64,000 nt of DNA from the human T2T-CHM13v2.0 reference genome, Homo sapiens, in assembly GCF_009914755.1 (NCBI RefSeq), contig NC_060932.1; one strand, written 5' to 3'. Both the position numbers and the translations under genes were made by a program. Within the stretch, counting starts at the first letter, position 1. Every line of letters begins with the position of its first letter. This document shows positions 50,260 through 64,000 of the stretch, piece by piece. Under the pieces are notes generated by a model. The model did not search any database. It was not told the origin of the DNA and saw nothing but the letters and a program-made list of their open reading frames with translations.

Positions 50260-50564
50260 CAGACAAGCGTGGTGGCTCACACATGTAATCCCAGATTTTG
50301 GGAGGCCGAGGCAGGTGGATCACATGAGCTCAGGAGTTCAAGACCAGCCTGGTCAACATGGCAAAACGCCATCTCTACTAAAAAAACACACAAAAAAATT
50401 AGCCAGGTGTGATGGCACACACCTGTAATCTCAGCTACTCAGGAGGCTGTGGCAGGATAATTGCTTGAACCTGGGAGCCGGAGGTTGCAGTGAGCCAAGA
50501 TTGCACCACTCTACTCCAGCCTGGGCAACAGAGTGAGATTCTATCTCAAAAAAAGAAAAAAAAA
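50260..50564 (+). mobile_element. AluS
   Basis: Full Alu. Confidence 0.92.
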
Positions 50565-53055
50565 ATTGTTTTTCCTCTCAGTGTTTTTATTTTGGATAGT
50601 TTCCATTGCCATGGTTTCAAATTTACAGATCTATTTTTTTGCTATGTCTAATCTACTATTAATCCCATCAATTTTTTAAATTTTTGATATTGTAGTTTTT
50701 TATTCACAGAAGTTCAATTAGAGTATTTTTGTTAAATCATTTTTCTCTACTTAACTTTTTGAATATCTGGAATATGGTTATAATTGCTCAATGTACTCGT
50801 CTACTAATGATAACATCTGTGTCAGTTTCGAGTCAGTTTTGAATTATTTCCCCCATCATGTGTTATATTTTCCTTATACTTTCTATGTTTGATAATCCTT
50901 ATCAGATACCACCCGTTGTGGTTACTACCATTTTTGGATACGTGATACTTTGCTTTCCTATAGCTGTTCTTAAGCTTTTCTCTGGGATGCAATTAAGTTG
51001 CTTGGGTATAGTTTGAGCCCTTCAGATTTAGATTTCATAATTTGTGAGGTGGATCTGGAGCAGTGTTTGGTCTGCGGCTAATTATTTCCCACCGCTAAGA
51101 CAGAATGTTCATGAGTATTCTGCCCAGTGTTCAAAAATGTGTTTTCTCCCTGGCTGGCTGGTGGGAGGGAACAGCTAATAGTCTTGACACTTGGTGAACA
51201 CTGTGTGCTTTTCTCTGATCCTTTCAGATGTTTTCGCCCCTCTGGCATTGAGTAGTATCTTCACATGCTGTCACGATCAATACTGTGTGAATATTGACAG
51301 AACCCCGTCCAGATCCCAGGATTCTCTCTCTGTACAACTATCTCTGCTGGTTCTCTGTCCTGTAAACTCCAGCTGCCTTGCTATCCCTGGACTCTCATTT
51401 CCATCTTCTTGCCTAAAGGAGTCCACCAGCTTCTACCTGGGTTCTCCCTTCCTGTGCCACAGTCTGGAAACTGTCTCAAGACAGTGAGCTGGGGCAAAAA
51501 TAGGGCTCCACTAATTTGTTTCCCATCTCTTGGAGGTCACTGTGCTTCATTGCCTGATAACCAACGTCTTGCAAACTGTCATTTAATACATTTTGCTGTT
51601 CTTGTTTGTGTGTGTTCATACTGGTTTCAGGCAGGTGGCAAAATGTGTCCACCTTAAGTCAAAATCTGACTCCATCTTAAGCAGAAACAGTTTTCTTCCA
51701 GCAGTGTATCCTTGCCACGTATACTGAATAATCACAAAATGTTTTGCTGATGCAAAAGTGAGATGCTGGGAGGTTAAAGGCCTCACCACAGAGCCATCTC
51801 CCCGTGATGCTACCTCCTGGAGGAAGGGCATGCACTTTTCGTGTCTTTGCGAGAGAAGTTTTAGTAGAATCTTTCCATCCTGGCACGTTACTTGGCTATA
51901 ATTACATTACAAATGCTAATGGGAGTTATAATCACAATTATGCTAATCTCTGTGTTTAGTGCCTACTGTTGCAAGCAATTATGGCCAATGAGCTCAATTT
52001 GTAAGTTAGCATTTATTAAAGTTAGCCACTGAAATATTCTGTCTTAGGCAGACTGCCTCTAACATTTTTGACTAAAGTGATTTACTTAAACAATTTCCTA
52101 ATAGGGAATAAGTACTTACAAAAAGGCTTTTCATCTTCATTTTCCTTTGATGAAACAGAAAGGAAAACATGCCTGGAGTCAATGTTTTGGCCTGTCTATT
52201 AGATAACAAGGGCTCTGTGAAGTTCTTTAAAAATATTTCAGAGAAAGTTTTCTGAACAAACTGCCCAGCTCTGGCTCAGAGCTCTTACAGGAACTGTAGA
52301 GGAATTGATGAGGAGAAACCTCACATCCCAAATGGCAGCAAATAAGAGACTTGGCAGCCTGTGTAGGCAGTGGAAGACAATTAGGACAGGAAATTAAACA
52401 CACACACGATCTCTTTATATTTACGTTTCATGCATTTATCTGGGAGTCCATCAAAAGCAGATATGTTAAATGGATGTAGAACTAGACAGGCAAGATTCTA
52501 AAGCATACATTTTTCTCATTGCTAAAAGGAGAACTGTAACTGAGATGGTCTTGAGGGCGTTTGCTTTTTCCAGGAGTTGATAATTTTCTGATCATCAACT
52601 CCAGGGTCCAGGACCTCATGCTGGCCTGAGCTTCTCAGGGCCCACCTTGGGGTACCCAGCAGGACTTATTACAGTGGAGCCTGGCATCTACCAACATGTG
52701 ACCTTCTCTCCCAGTTTCTGTGCTCCATGTCTTTAAGGCCTGATGGTTCTTCTTGGTTTATCTGATCAACGAATACAAGGAAGGCACTGCTTGTATTGTG
52801 GGTGCGCTGTGGGGCACAGGCAGGAAATGCACAAGATAACCCCTGAGCACTTCCAGCCTGTGTCCTGCCCAGCGCACCTGCAAGGGGAGGGAAGAAAATC
52901 ATAGAGCTGTTATTTATATTTATTTTTATTTCATTATTTTCTTATTTATATTTCATAATGTTTATAATATATTAGGTATAGTAATATGAACGTGTGATTC
53001 AAACATATATACGTACAATAATACACCCATCTAATTTATACACAGTTAACCCTAA

Positions 53056-53409
<354 letters not shown>

Positions 53410-53636
53410 AATTTGTCTTCTTGAAGACAACTCTGTCAGAGCCTCCGAACCTGTGCCAATCTGGGTTTCTGGCTCTCTGGGTTTGCCGTATACCTGTCGC
53501 CTTATGCTGTCTCTTGGCCAACATTTGGGAATGATCGTTGCTTCTTTCTCTCTTTAGTTGCATGGATCTCGTATCTTCCTTTCTCTGGGTATATTTCTGG
53601 CATATCTAGCTTCCTGAGAAAAGAGTAAAAGGAAGG

Positions 53637-54709
<1,073 letters not shown>

Positions 54710-55142
54710 GAAGGAATCCTTAAAGACTTTGTACATTTGAAAAAAAAAACTTTGGTGTTTTTTCACATTTAATCAATAATTTGGCTGGATATGGAAATCA
54801 CTTTCCCTTAGAAATTTGAAGGCATTGCTCCCTTCTCCTCTAGCTTCTAGTTGTTGTTGAGGAAATTGAGGCCATTCTGATTCTTGATCTTTTGGATAAA
54901 ACCTTTTTTATTTCTCTTTTCGTGTTGGAAATTTGTCAGATGTTTTCCACAGCTTCCCTCTAAAGAGTAACCACCATGATGACTTCTTGCACCTCCAGCC
55001 CTTGGTGAATGTTTTATGGTGGAATCACAGGGTATGTGCCCTTTTGTGCCTGGCTTCCTTCACTTATCATCCTGTTTGTGAGGTGCATCGCAGTGTACAG
55101 CAGTGACTACTCAGTCTCATTGTGGTATGAAAATCTATTGTA

Positions 55143-55446
55143 GGCTGGGCACGGTGGCTCATGCCTGTAATCCCAGTACTTTGGGAGGCTGAGGTGGATG
55201 GACCACAAGGTCAAGAGTTCGAGACCAGCCTGGCCAACATAGTGAAACCCCATCTTTACCAAATACAAAAATTAGCCGGGCATGGTGGCAGGTGCCTGTA
55301 ATCCCAGCTACTCAGGATGGTGAGGCAGGAAAATCCCTTGAGCCTGGGAGGCGGAGTTTGCAGTGGGCTGAGATTAAGCCGTTGTACTCCAGCCTGGGCA
55401 ACAGACAGAGCAAGACTACATCTCAAAAAAAAAAAAAAAAAAAAAA
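55143..55446 (+). mobile_element. AluS
   Basis: Full Alu. Confidence 0.92.
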
Positions 55447-55562
55447 GCAATTGTAGAATAAAGCACAATGTATATATTCCAAATGTCCATTGTGTGTATC
55501 ATCTTATATTTGTTTTATGGATTCAATATATTGTCTTGTCTTTCTGAGAATATTATTAATTA

Positions 55563-55863
55563 AGCCCAGCATGGTAGCTCATGCCTATAATCCCAACACT
55601 TTGGGAGGCCGAGGCAGCAGGATAGTTTGGAGCCAGGAGTTCGAGACCAGCCTGGGCAACAAAGTAAGACTCCATCTCTACAAAAATGAAAATAAATTAG
55701 CCAGGCGTAGTGATACCTAAATGTAGTCCCAGCTACTCAGAGGGCCTGAGGTGGGAGGATCGCTTGAGCCAAGGGGTTCGAGCCTGCAGTGAGCTATGGT
55801 AACGCCACTGCTTTCCAGCCTGGGTGACGGAGTGAGACCCTGTCTTGAACAACAATAAAAAAA
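55563..55863 (+). mobile_element. AluJ
   Basis: Full Alu with J diagnostics. Confidence 0.9.
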
Positions 55864-56249
55864 TTAGGTGATTTTTTTCTTAGCTCCTGTGTAGTCTTTA
55901 TTTCCTAAGTTACTTCTAAAAACTGGTTCAAGTCTTTCCTGTGCTTTCCTCAAATGTCTGGTAATCCTTGGCTTTCTGCTTTTATTTATGCTTGAGGCTC
56001 TAAAAAGTTGATTGCTAGAGCTCTGTGCTCATGAGTGGGTCTCTAACTGTGGCGTTTGTTTGTAGGGTGATCTGACTACATTATTTTCTTGGAAGACATC
56101 CTTAGTGTTGGTATCTTTAATTTTTTCTCCTTCTCTTGAGCTAATTGTATTACTCAGGAAATAAACATTTAAGCTAAGGTATAATCTTGACTCCCAACAG
56201 TTTGAGAGCCAACTGGGAGAGGAAGACTGGGGAAACTCAACTTTGGTAC

Positions 56250-56608
<359 letters not shown>

Positions 56609-57111
56609 TTAAAAAGATAAGAATGTTTTGTCATTGTGGTGAAATGTATTCTGTCTCTCTCTCTCTCTCTTGCCCACATGATCATTAATTTCTTTCTGCA
56701 GCGTTCACCTTGAATGCAAATTTGAACACATCTCTCTGATCCTGCCATATGTTTTCTTGGTTGTTGCCATGATTTCATTAGCTATTGTAGAGTTTAGAAC
56801 CAGCTGATGCTCTAAAAGTGATTTCTGATGCTGGAACTTATAAGATACAACTACCTTTAACTTTATTTAAAAATTAGAATCTATGTAGAGAAGGTAGGCA
56901 TGCAGGTGTTAACTCTTTCCTATCCTATAATACTGGGAATGGCAAATGGAATGAGTTGATTTTTTTCCCCCAATTCCAGTGGCCAAAACTGAGCACGACT
57001 GAACAACTAAAAAATGAGCCGGGAGTACTGTAGAATTGCATAATCAAGGCAAGCAATTAATATTAATAGTGTGATCTTTACAGTTTTGACAATGTGAAAT
57101 AAACTTAGTAA

Positions 57112-57418
<307 letters not shown>

Positions 57419-57763
57419 GGCAAGCCGACTTTAAAGACAGGGAAAGTATACTGATAATATAGGACAGGATTTCTTGCTTCAGGACCAGTTATTGTATTGC
57501 GGATTCTTGACGCATTTCTGCACCATGCATAAATAATCCACCTATCGGTCATAAATTGACTCTATTAAGAATAGTATAATAAATCAATGAAATAAAAACA
57601 AAGAAATCCACAGTCATACACTTTTCATGAGACTATCGTAAGGAAATGAGAGGGTTGTGATCTGGCCAGGTGAAGTTAGAGCTATCATGAGATGCCTCGA
57701 ATGCATTGTGAGATGCACTAACAAATGCAGCAATTCAGAATTATTGCAGCGACTGGGAACTAG

Positions 57764-58138
<375 letters not shown>

Positions 58139-59599
58139 TGACCTTTCAGGACGTGAAAGGTCCTCATGCTTTTTAGGGTCAACTGGGCACCCCTGGCTGA
58201 GGCACATTCCAGCAGACTAAAGTCAAGTTGTCTTTCACCTCAGCACACAACCAAGAGAACAAGTCCTGGCATCATGAATGTGACACAGCTCTCCTTGTGT
58301 TTGGGGAAAAAAAAAAAAAAAGAATTGAATCTGGGCCTGTTAATAATGCAGTCCACCGGTTTGTGCCCAAGACGTTGAATCTGAGAGTAGTGGCCATTTC
58401 CGAAAGATGATCTGAGCCTAAAGGAACTACATAACCTTTCCCCCTGCTTGTCTTTGAAGACCCAGTTACCTTGAAGTCACCTCTTTATACCAGCAGCAAC
58501 ACCCCAGTCTCCATTCACAAATTATCTCCGATGCAGCCTCCTTGGGAAAACTTAAAAGCCTATTTAACAAGAGGAGCCTGCTGCCAAGAAGTTGGCTTGG
58601 GAGAATGGCGGTAATTAAATGATGTTAATATTTAGGCTCTTGCCGGTATAACAAAGCCTCCTTTCTTTGTCTCAGGTGGGGACATGTTAGCACATTGCCT
58701 CTGTCTGGGAAAGGAGGCGAGCAAGGGAGGAAAGAGACTATTGTGGGGGTGTGAGAAAGGGGAAGAGGGGAGCAGCGAGGCAGGGAGGGGAGGCTGACTT
58801 CTGAGATCTGAAAGAAGAGATTGATGCTGGGAGAGAGAGAAGCTTAATGTTGATATTCATCAGAGATGAGCCCCTTGGCATTGCAGCCTGAGACTTATCA
58901 GAAAAGGTGAGAAGGAACAAAGCTACCTTCTTTGTTAAATGGTTTATTGTCAGTGAGAGGAGGGGCAGGGAGCAGTGCAGGGTTTCAGGGAGAGGCCAAG
59001 GGAAAGAAGAATAAAGAGAACTGTCCTAGGAATTTCGCACTTTGTACTTGGCTAGAGCCAGGAGGCTGCTAAATTCTCAGCAGTAGCCTCAGTTCCAGTC
59101 TTGCAGTGGTGAGAAGAAAGGACTGGGAAGATGGAAATTGGAGTTCCAATAACCAGCATTTCCTCTTTCTAGTTCTGTGATCCCTTGTGAGTTGTGAAAC
59201 AATCAATCACATCTCTAGGAATGGGGAGTTGCCCCTCGCTGGCCAGACTCCCCCGCTGCCATGTGCACTAACAGAGGGCGACCCTACCATCCTGTTGGTC
59301 TGGGTGCATGAACACGTCTGTGCTGTTTTGTCTGCTCCAGCGTGTGCTTGTCTCATGATTTGAGTTGATCCAGAGGTCGGTGTGATGGATGTATCCTGCA
59401 CATCTAATAAATAAGTAAATTCGTGCCACTTCCTTTAGCTAAAGCAATTTCATCTGTTCAGCCCACAAAGAGGATAAATGGAATGCACAGCTCAGGGCTC
59501 AGGGCCAGGATTCCAAACATGTGGGAAAGAGCCTGTATTCCTCGTTCACTGCTGCCTGAGTTGGATAGACTGCATCTAGGAAGCCTGAATCCAGATCAA

Positions 59600-59638
59600 T
59601 CTCTCTCTCTCTCTCTCGTTCTCTCTCTCTCTCTCTCT
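59600..59638 (+). repeat. (CT)n microsatellite, interrupted
   Basis: Read directly from the sequence. Confidence 0.9.
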
Positions 59639-60095
59639 GTTAGAATTTAACTCTGGTTGAGACGATCTGAACCTTAGAGGATTATTGTGCAGTCAAAGAC
59701 CAGGTTGCTGTTTGCAGCTTCTTTCAAGATTCTCTGTGTTGGAGTTAAGAATGAGTAGGGTGGTGGGGCAAGAAAAGAGGAGAGACATTTAGCTAGAGCA
59801 TCTTCTTTTACTGAAGAAAAATACATTTGGCCTGGCCTTGGTTTCGGATCCAGGATTGCTTACTTTTTGTTTAAGCGTGGGGAAAAGAAGTTGGAAAATT
59901 CCACCACTGGAGGACTAGGGTAGGGATGAGGAGGTATAAAGAAAAGAGGAAGCAGTGGGTCCTTCCTTATGCTTCAATTATTGTATTTTTTTCTGATTAT
60001 AAATGTAGAGAATATTATAGAGAAATTATAAAATATAGAAGAGTCCAAGGAAGGAATTTAAGATGCTCGTAATAGCAACATTAAAGGATAAACAC

Positions 60096-60546
60096 TGATA
60101 TATTTTGGATATTTGTCCCTGCCCAAATCTCGTGTTGAATTGAAATCCCCAATTCTGGAAGGAGGGCCTAGTGGGAGGTGTTTGGGTTGTGAAGGCGAAT
60201 TTCTCATGGTTTGGTGCTGTCTTTGAGAGAGTGAGTGAATTCTCATGAGATCTGGTTGTTGTCTTTGAGATAGTGAGTGAGTTATTGTGAGATCTGGTTG
60301 TTTAAGAGTGTGAGGCACCTCCTCTTGCTCTCTCTCTTGCTCTTGCTCTAACCATGTGATGTACCTGTTCCCACTTCACATTCTACCATGAGTAAAACCT
60401 CCCTGAGGCCTCCCCAGAAGCCGACCAGATGCTGGCACCATACTCGTACAGCCTACAGAACTGTGAGCCAACTGAACCTCTTTTCCTTATGAATTACCTG
60501 GTATTCATTGGTATTTCTTTATAGCAATGCAATAATGGCCTAATAA
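60096..60546 (+). mobile_element. MST (MSTA/B-like) MaLR solo LTR
   Basis: tgatatattttggatatttgtccc...ccctgaggcctccccagaagcc...ctttatagcaatgc. Confidence 0.85.
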
Positions 60547-61004
60547 AAAGAGTATTAACCTTTTGGAGAATCTCATCATTTTATTACAGTTTTATATGCT
60601 GCTTTTTTTTTTCCTCCTAGTAAGTATTTTGTGGGAATCTTCCAAGGACATTGCAAAATCTGCAAAATCATGTTTTTTTAAAAAGCAGTTGATTAGTACT
60701 TCACTGACGGGTAAAATATAATTTATTTAAGCATTTCCGCATGCTGGGCACTAAGGCTGCTTTCTTTCCCGTTACACAAGAAAAGCTCCAATGTACACCT
60801 TTGTACACACATTGTGTTTGTGCAAATACATAATTATTTTTTGAAAATGTGTTCTTAGAAGAATTATTAAACTAATTCTTGATTCTCTTCCAAATCCTAG
60901 CAGGCAGAAGTGTTTTGGAGAACAGCCTTAGCATTACCCAGAGGGGCTCTAACAGCTCAGCTTTGGAACAGAGGGCATCTCATGTGCTTCTCAGGCTCAC
61001 TTGA

Positions 61005-61540
61005 GTGTAGGTGTGTGTGTGTGTGCTGTGTGTTTGTGTGTGCTGTGTGTTTTGTGTGTGTGCTGTGTGTTTGTGGTATGTATGTATGATGTAGTGTGTG
61101 ATGTGTGGTGTATGTGTGTGCATGGTGCATGGTGTGTTTGGTGTGTGTGGTTTGTGTGTGTGGTGTGTGTATTTGGTGTGTCTGTGTGGTGTGCAAGGTG
61201 TGTTTTTGTGGTGTGTGTATAGTGTGTGTAGTATGTAGTGTATGTGGTATGTGTGTTTATGTGTGTGTGTGATGTGTGTATATCATATGTGTGGTATGTG
61301 GTGTGTGTACTGTGTGTGGTGTGTATGTGTGTGTGGTGTGTGTATATGGTGTGTGTGGTGTGTGGCATGTGTGGTATGTGTGCATTTGTGTTGCTACGTG
61401 TTGTGTGTGTGGTATATGTGTATTTGTGTGTGGTTTGTGTGGTGTGTGTGGTTTGTGTGTGGTGCGTGTGATATGTGTGTTTGATGTGTGTGTATGTGGT
61501 GCATATGTGTGTTTTTTGTGTGTGTGCTAGTGTGTGTTTG
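61005..61540 (+). repeat. Degenerate (TG/GTGTG)n low-complexity tract
   Basis: Read directly from the sequence. Confidence 0.95.
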
Positions 61541-61664
61541 GGTAGGAAAGAAGAAGGTGCTGTAGCCTTGCATCAGGTGGTCCCTTGAATTTCTGTGACC
61601 TCTGTCTTGCCTGGATTCTGGAACAAATCTCCCACAGCTGTGCACCTCCTCAGAGTGAGTGGAT

Positions 61665-62383
61665 GATCCCCTGAGGTGTGACCCCCACCCCCGAGATGTG
61701 ACCCTCCCTGAAATGTGGACCCCTCTGGTGTGATCCCCTGAGGTGTGAACTCCTGCAGTGTGATCCTGTGAGGTGTGATCCCCTGAGGTGTGAACCCCTG
61801 CAGTGTGATCCTCTGAGGTGTGATCCCTTGAGGTGTGAACCCCTTAGGTGTGATCCCCTGAGATGTGAACCCCTGTGGTGTGATCCTCTGAGGTGTGAAC
61901 CCCTGTGGTGTGATCCCCTGAGGTATGATCCCCTGAGGTGTGAACCTCTGTGGTGTGATTCCCCTGAGGTGTGAATCCCTGAGTTGTGAATCCTTGCGGT
62001 GTTATCACCTGAGGTATGAACCCTGAAGTGTGATCTCCTGGGGTGCTAACCCCTGTGGTGTGATTCCCTTGGGGTGTGAACCCCTGAGGTGTGATCCCCT
62101 GAGTTATGAACCCCTGTGGTGTGATTCCCTGAGGTGTTAACCCCTGCGGTGTGATCCCCTGAGGTATGATCCCCTGAGGTGTGAACCACTGTGGTGTGAT
62201 TCCCCTGAGGTGTGAATTCCTGAGTTGTGAATCCTTGCGGTGTTATCACCTGAGGTATGAACCCTGAAATGTGATCTCCTGGGGTGTTAAACCCTGTGCT
62301 GTGATTCCCCTGGGGTGTGAACCCCTGCAGTGTGATCTCCTGAGGTGTGAACCCCTGTGGTGTGAACCCCTGAGGTGTGACCC
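61665..62383 (+). repeat. 15-bp minisatellite, consensus AGGTGTGA(T/A)CCCCTG, about 48 units
   Basis: Read directly; 15-bp periodicity with a higher-order block. Confidence 0.95.
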
Positions 62384-63314
62384 AAGGGGTGGATTTGGGG
62401 TATGGCCTGGGATTGCTGGGCGATATGGAAGAGGGGAAGGTTCAGGGTTTCTTAATTTTCTCAGGCAGATGGGAGGCATCTTCTCAGTTCCCTGGGGACT
62501 ATCAGAGACCACCATTCCCCCATTCTTCCCTGGCTCCCTTGGCACATTTGAATCAGACCTTTGAGATCTCACTATGGCCTTTGTGGGAAAGGCTGTATGA
62601 ACATAAATGGGTGTCCAGCCTGGGGGCCAGGTGAGGGAAGGCAGAGGCAGAGGGTGGCAGTGCCCCACCAATGTCCAGGGGAGAGCAACACCCTCATGTG
62701 GACCACCCAGTGAGAAGGCTTGACCACAGTGGGGTAAGTGAGGCCACTGTGTCGTGCTGCATCTGGCTTCACTCCATGCTCATGACGCATCCTTCTGATT
62801 AATGTCAGGAGGCAGTGGCTCTGGGCCCTTGGTAGGGAATGGGGTATTTTTGTTGCTGGAAAGAAACATCCCTTGGTAGAAATGAATACATTGGCACTTG
62901 GCTTTCCATACTGGAGCGTGAGTGAGTCAGCCTCCCTGCGTCTGTGTCCACCGAGGGCACTGCAGGGCTAGGGGCAGCTTTGATTGTGGTAGAGGCACTG
63001 GGGCCCCTGTGGGAGCCTGGAGGTGCTTCTCCCACCCTCTCATGGGGACTCTGTAAACCTCTTGGTGTTACAGCTTGTGCTTCTCTCATGCTGGCTGCCA
63101 GCCCACAGAGATGTGTTTTCCAGGCCACACAGGCATTGGCTCGCCTCTTTTTGGTGATTTGGAACTGACATCACAGTCCTCTGACTCCAGCTGTAACACT
63201 GGCTGGTCCACATATACGCATCATCTATATGCACATGAAAGCTGTCATTATTCCTTCTGCTATGGAACCTGAATTACTGACAGCTGTAGTGTTGCTTCTG
63301 TCCTCAGATGGGTG

Positions 63315-63851
63315 CAAAGAGTTCCTGACTTACAATACTTTTGACTTAAAATTTTTTGATTTACAATGGTGTGAAAATGACATGCATTTAGTTCACCCCC
63401 CAACTTATGATTGGGTTGTATCTGGATAAACCTATCAAAAGTTGAAAATACTGTGAGTCAAACACACATTTTCTGTTTCTTTCTTTCTTTTTTTTTTCTG
63501 TTGCCCAGGCTGGAGTGCAGTGGCACAATGATAGCTCAATGTAACCTCAACTCCTGGGCCCAAGCAATCCTCTCACCTTAGCCTCTCATGTAGCTGGGAC
63601 TGAAGATGTGTGCCACTACACCTGGGTAATTTTTTAAAATTTTTTTTAATTTTGTAGAGGTGGTAGGGGGTCTTACAATGTTGCCCAGGCTGGTCTTGAA
63701 CTCTTGGCCTCAAGCTATCCTCTTGCCTTGACCTTCCAAAGTGCCGGGATTGCAGGTGTCAGATGCTCAGCCCATGCTTTCAATTTTTAATATTTTCCAT
63801 TTACAGTGGGTTTATCCAGACATAACCCCAGAGTAAGTCCAGGAGCATCTG
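63315..63851. mobile_element. MER47/Tigger5-like DNA transposon pieces split by an Alu
   Basis: gacttacaat..., gataaacctatcaaaagttgaaaata, terminal gtaagtccaggagcatctg followed by TA. Confidence 0.65.
63470..63772 (-). mobile_element. AluJ
   Basis: Diverged Alu body. Confidence 0.88.
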
Positions 63852-63911
63852 TATATGTAAATATAGAACTGTTGAATTCTATCCCCTTTAAAATTTACAT
63901 ATCAAAGTCTT

Positions 63912-64000
63912 GGCCATTTATGGTGGTTCACGCCTGTAATCCCAACACTTTGGGAGGCCGAGGCACATGGATCACTCGAGGTCAGGAGTTTGAGACCAGC
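63912..64000 (+). mobile_element. Alu 5' part cut by the window edge
   Basis: cacgcctgtaatcccaacactttgggagg. Confidence 0.85.

Noticed and set aside
60957-61645. His/Thr-rich and Cys/Val-rich ORFs
   Set aside because: Translations of the (TG)n low-complexity tract.
61768-62671. Repetitive ORFs (RCDPLRCEPL...) and CRISPR-like appearance
   Set aside because: Produced by the 15-bp unit (5 codons). There are no unique spacers and no cas genes, and the context is eukaryotic.

Overview
Primate (very probably human, 8p23.1) genomic DNA. The only protein-coding gene is the intronless claudin CLDN23 on the minus strand (CDS 5979->5101, 292 aa), lying in a CpG island (~5000-6800), with a 3'UTR poly(A) signal at 4296-4301. 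The remaining ~57 kb is upstream intergenic DNA holding about 46 Alu elements or fragments, solo LTRs (LTR8, LTR9, MER21, THE1, MST, MLT1), hAT and Tigger DNA-transposon fossils, old L1/L2/MIR pieces, simple repeats and a 15-bp minisatellite. Almost all other ORFs in the track are Alu, L1, GC-rich or simple-repeat artefacts. I see no convincing new multi-gene system. The best leads are: (1) an AUG-free, in-frame open 5' leader with a strong-context CUG that could give an N-terminally extended CLDN23; (2) a minisatellite carrying 15 exact T-box sites and a ~241-bp higher-order repeat; (3) an LTR9-family solo LTR with duplicated octamer (POU) motifs; (4) a diverged local duplication just upstream of the promoter; (5) an apparently L1-retroposed, polyadenylated MaLR-LTR transcript. 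Repeat subfamily names come from my recall of consensus sequences, and repeat boundaries are approximate unless a target-site duplication (TSD) is quoted.
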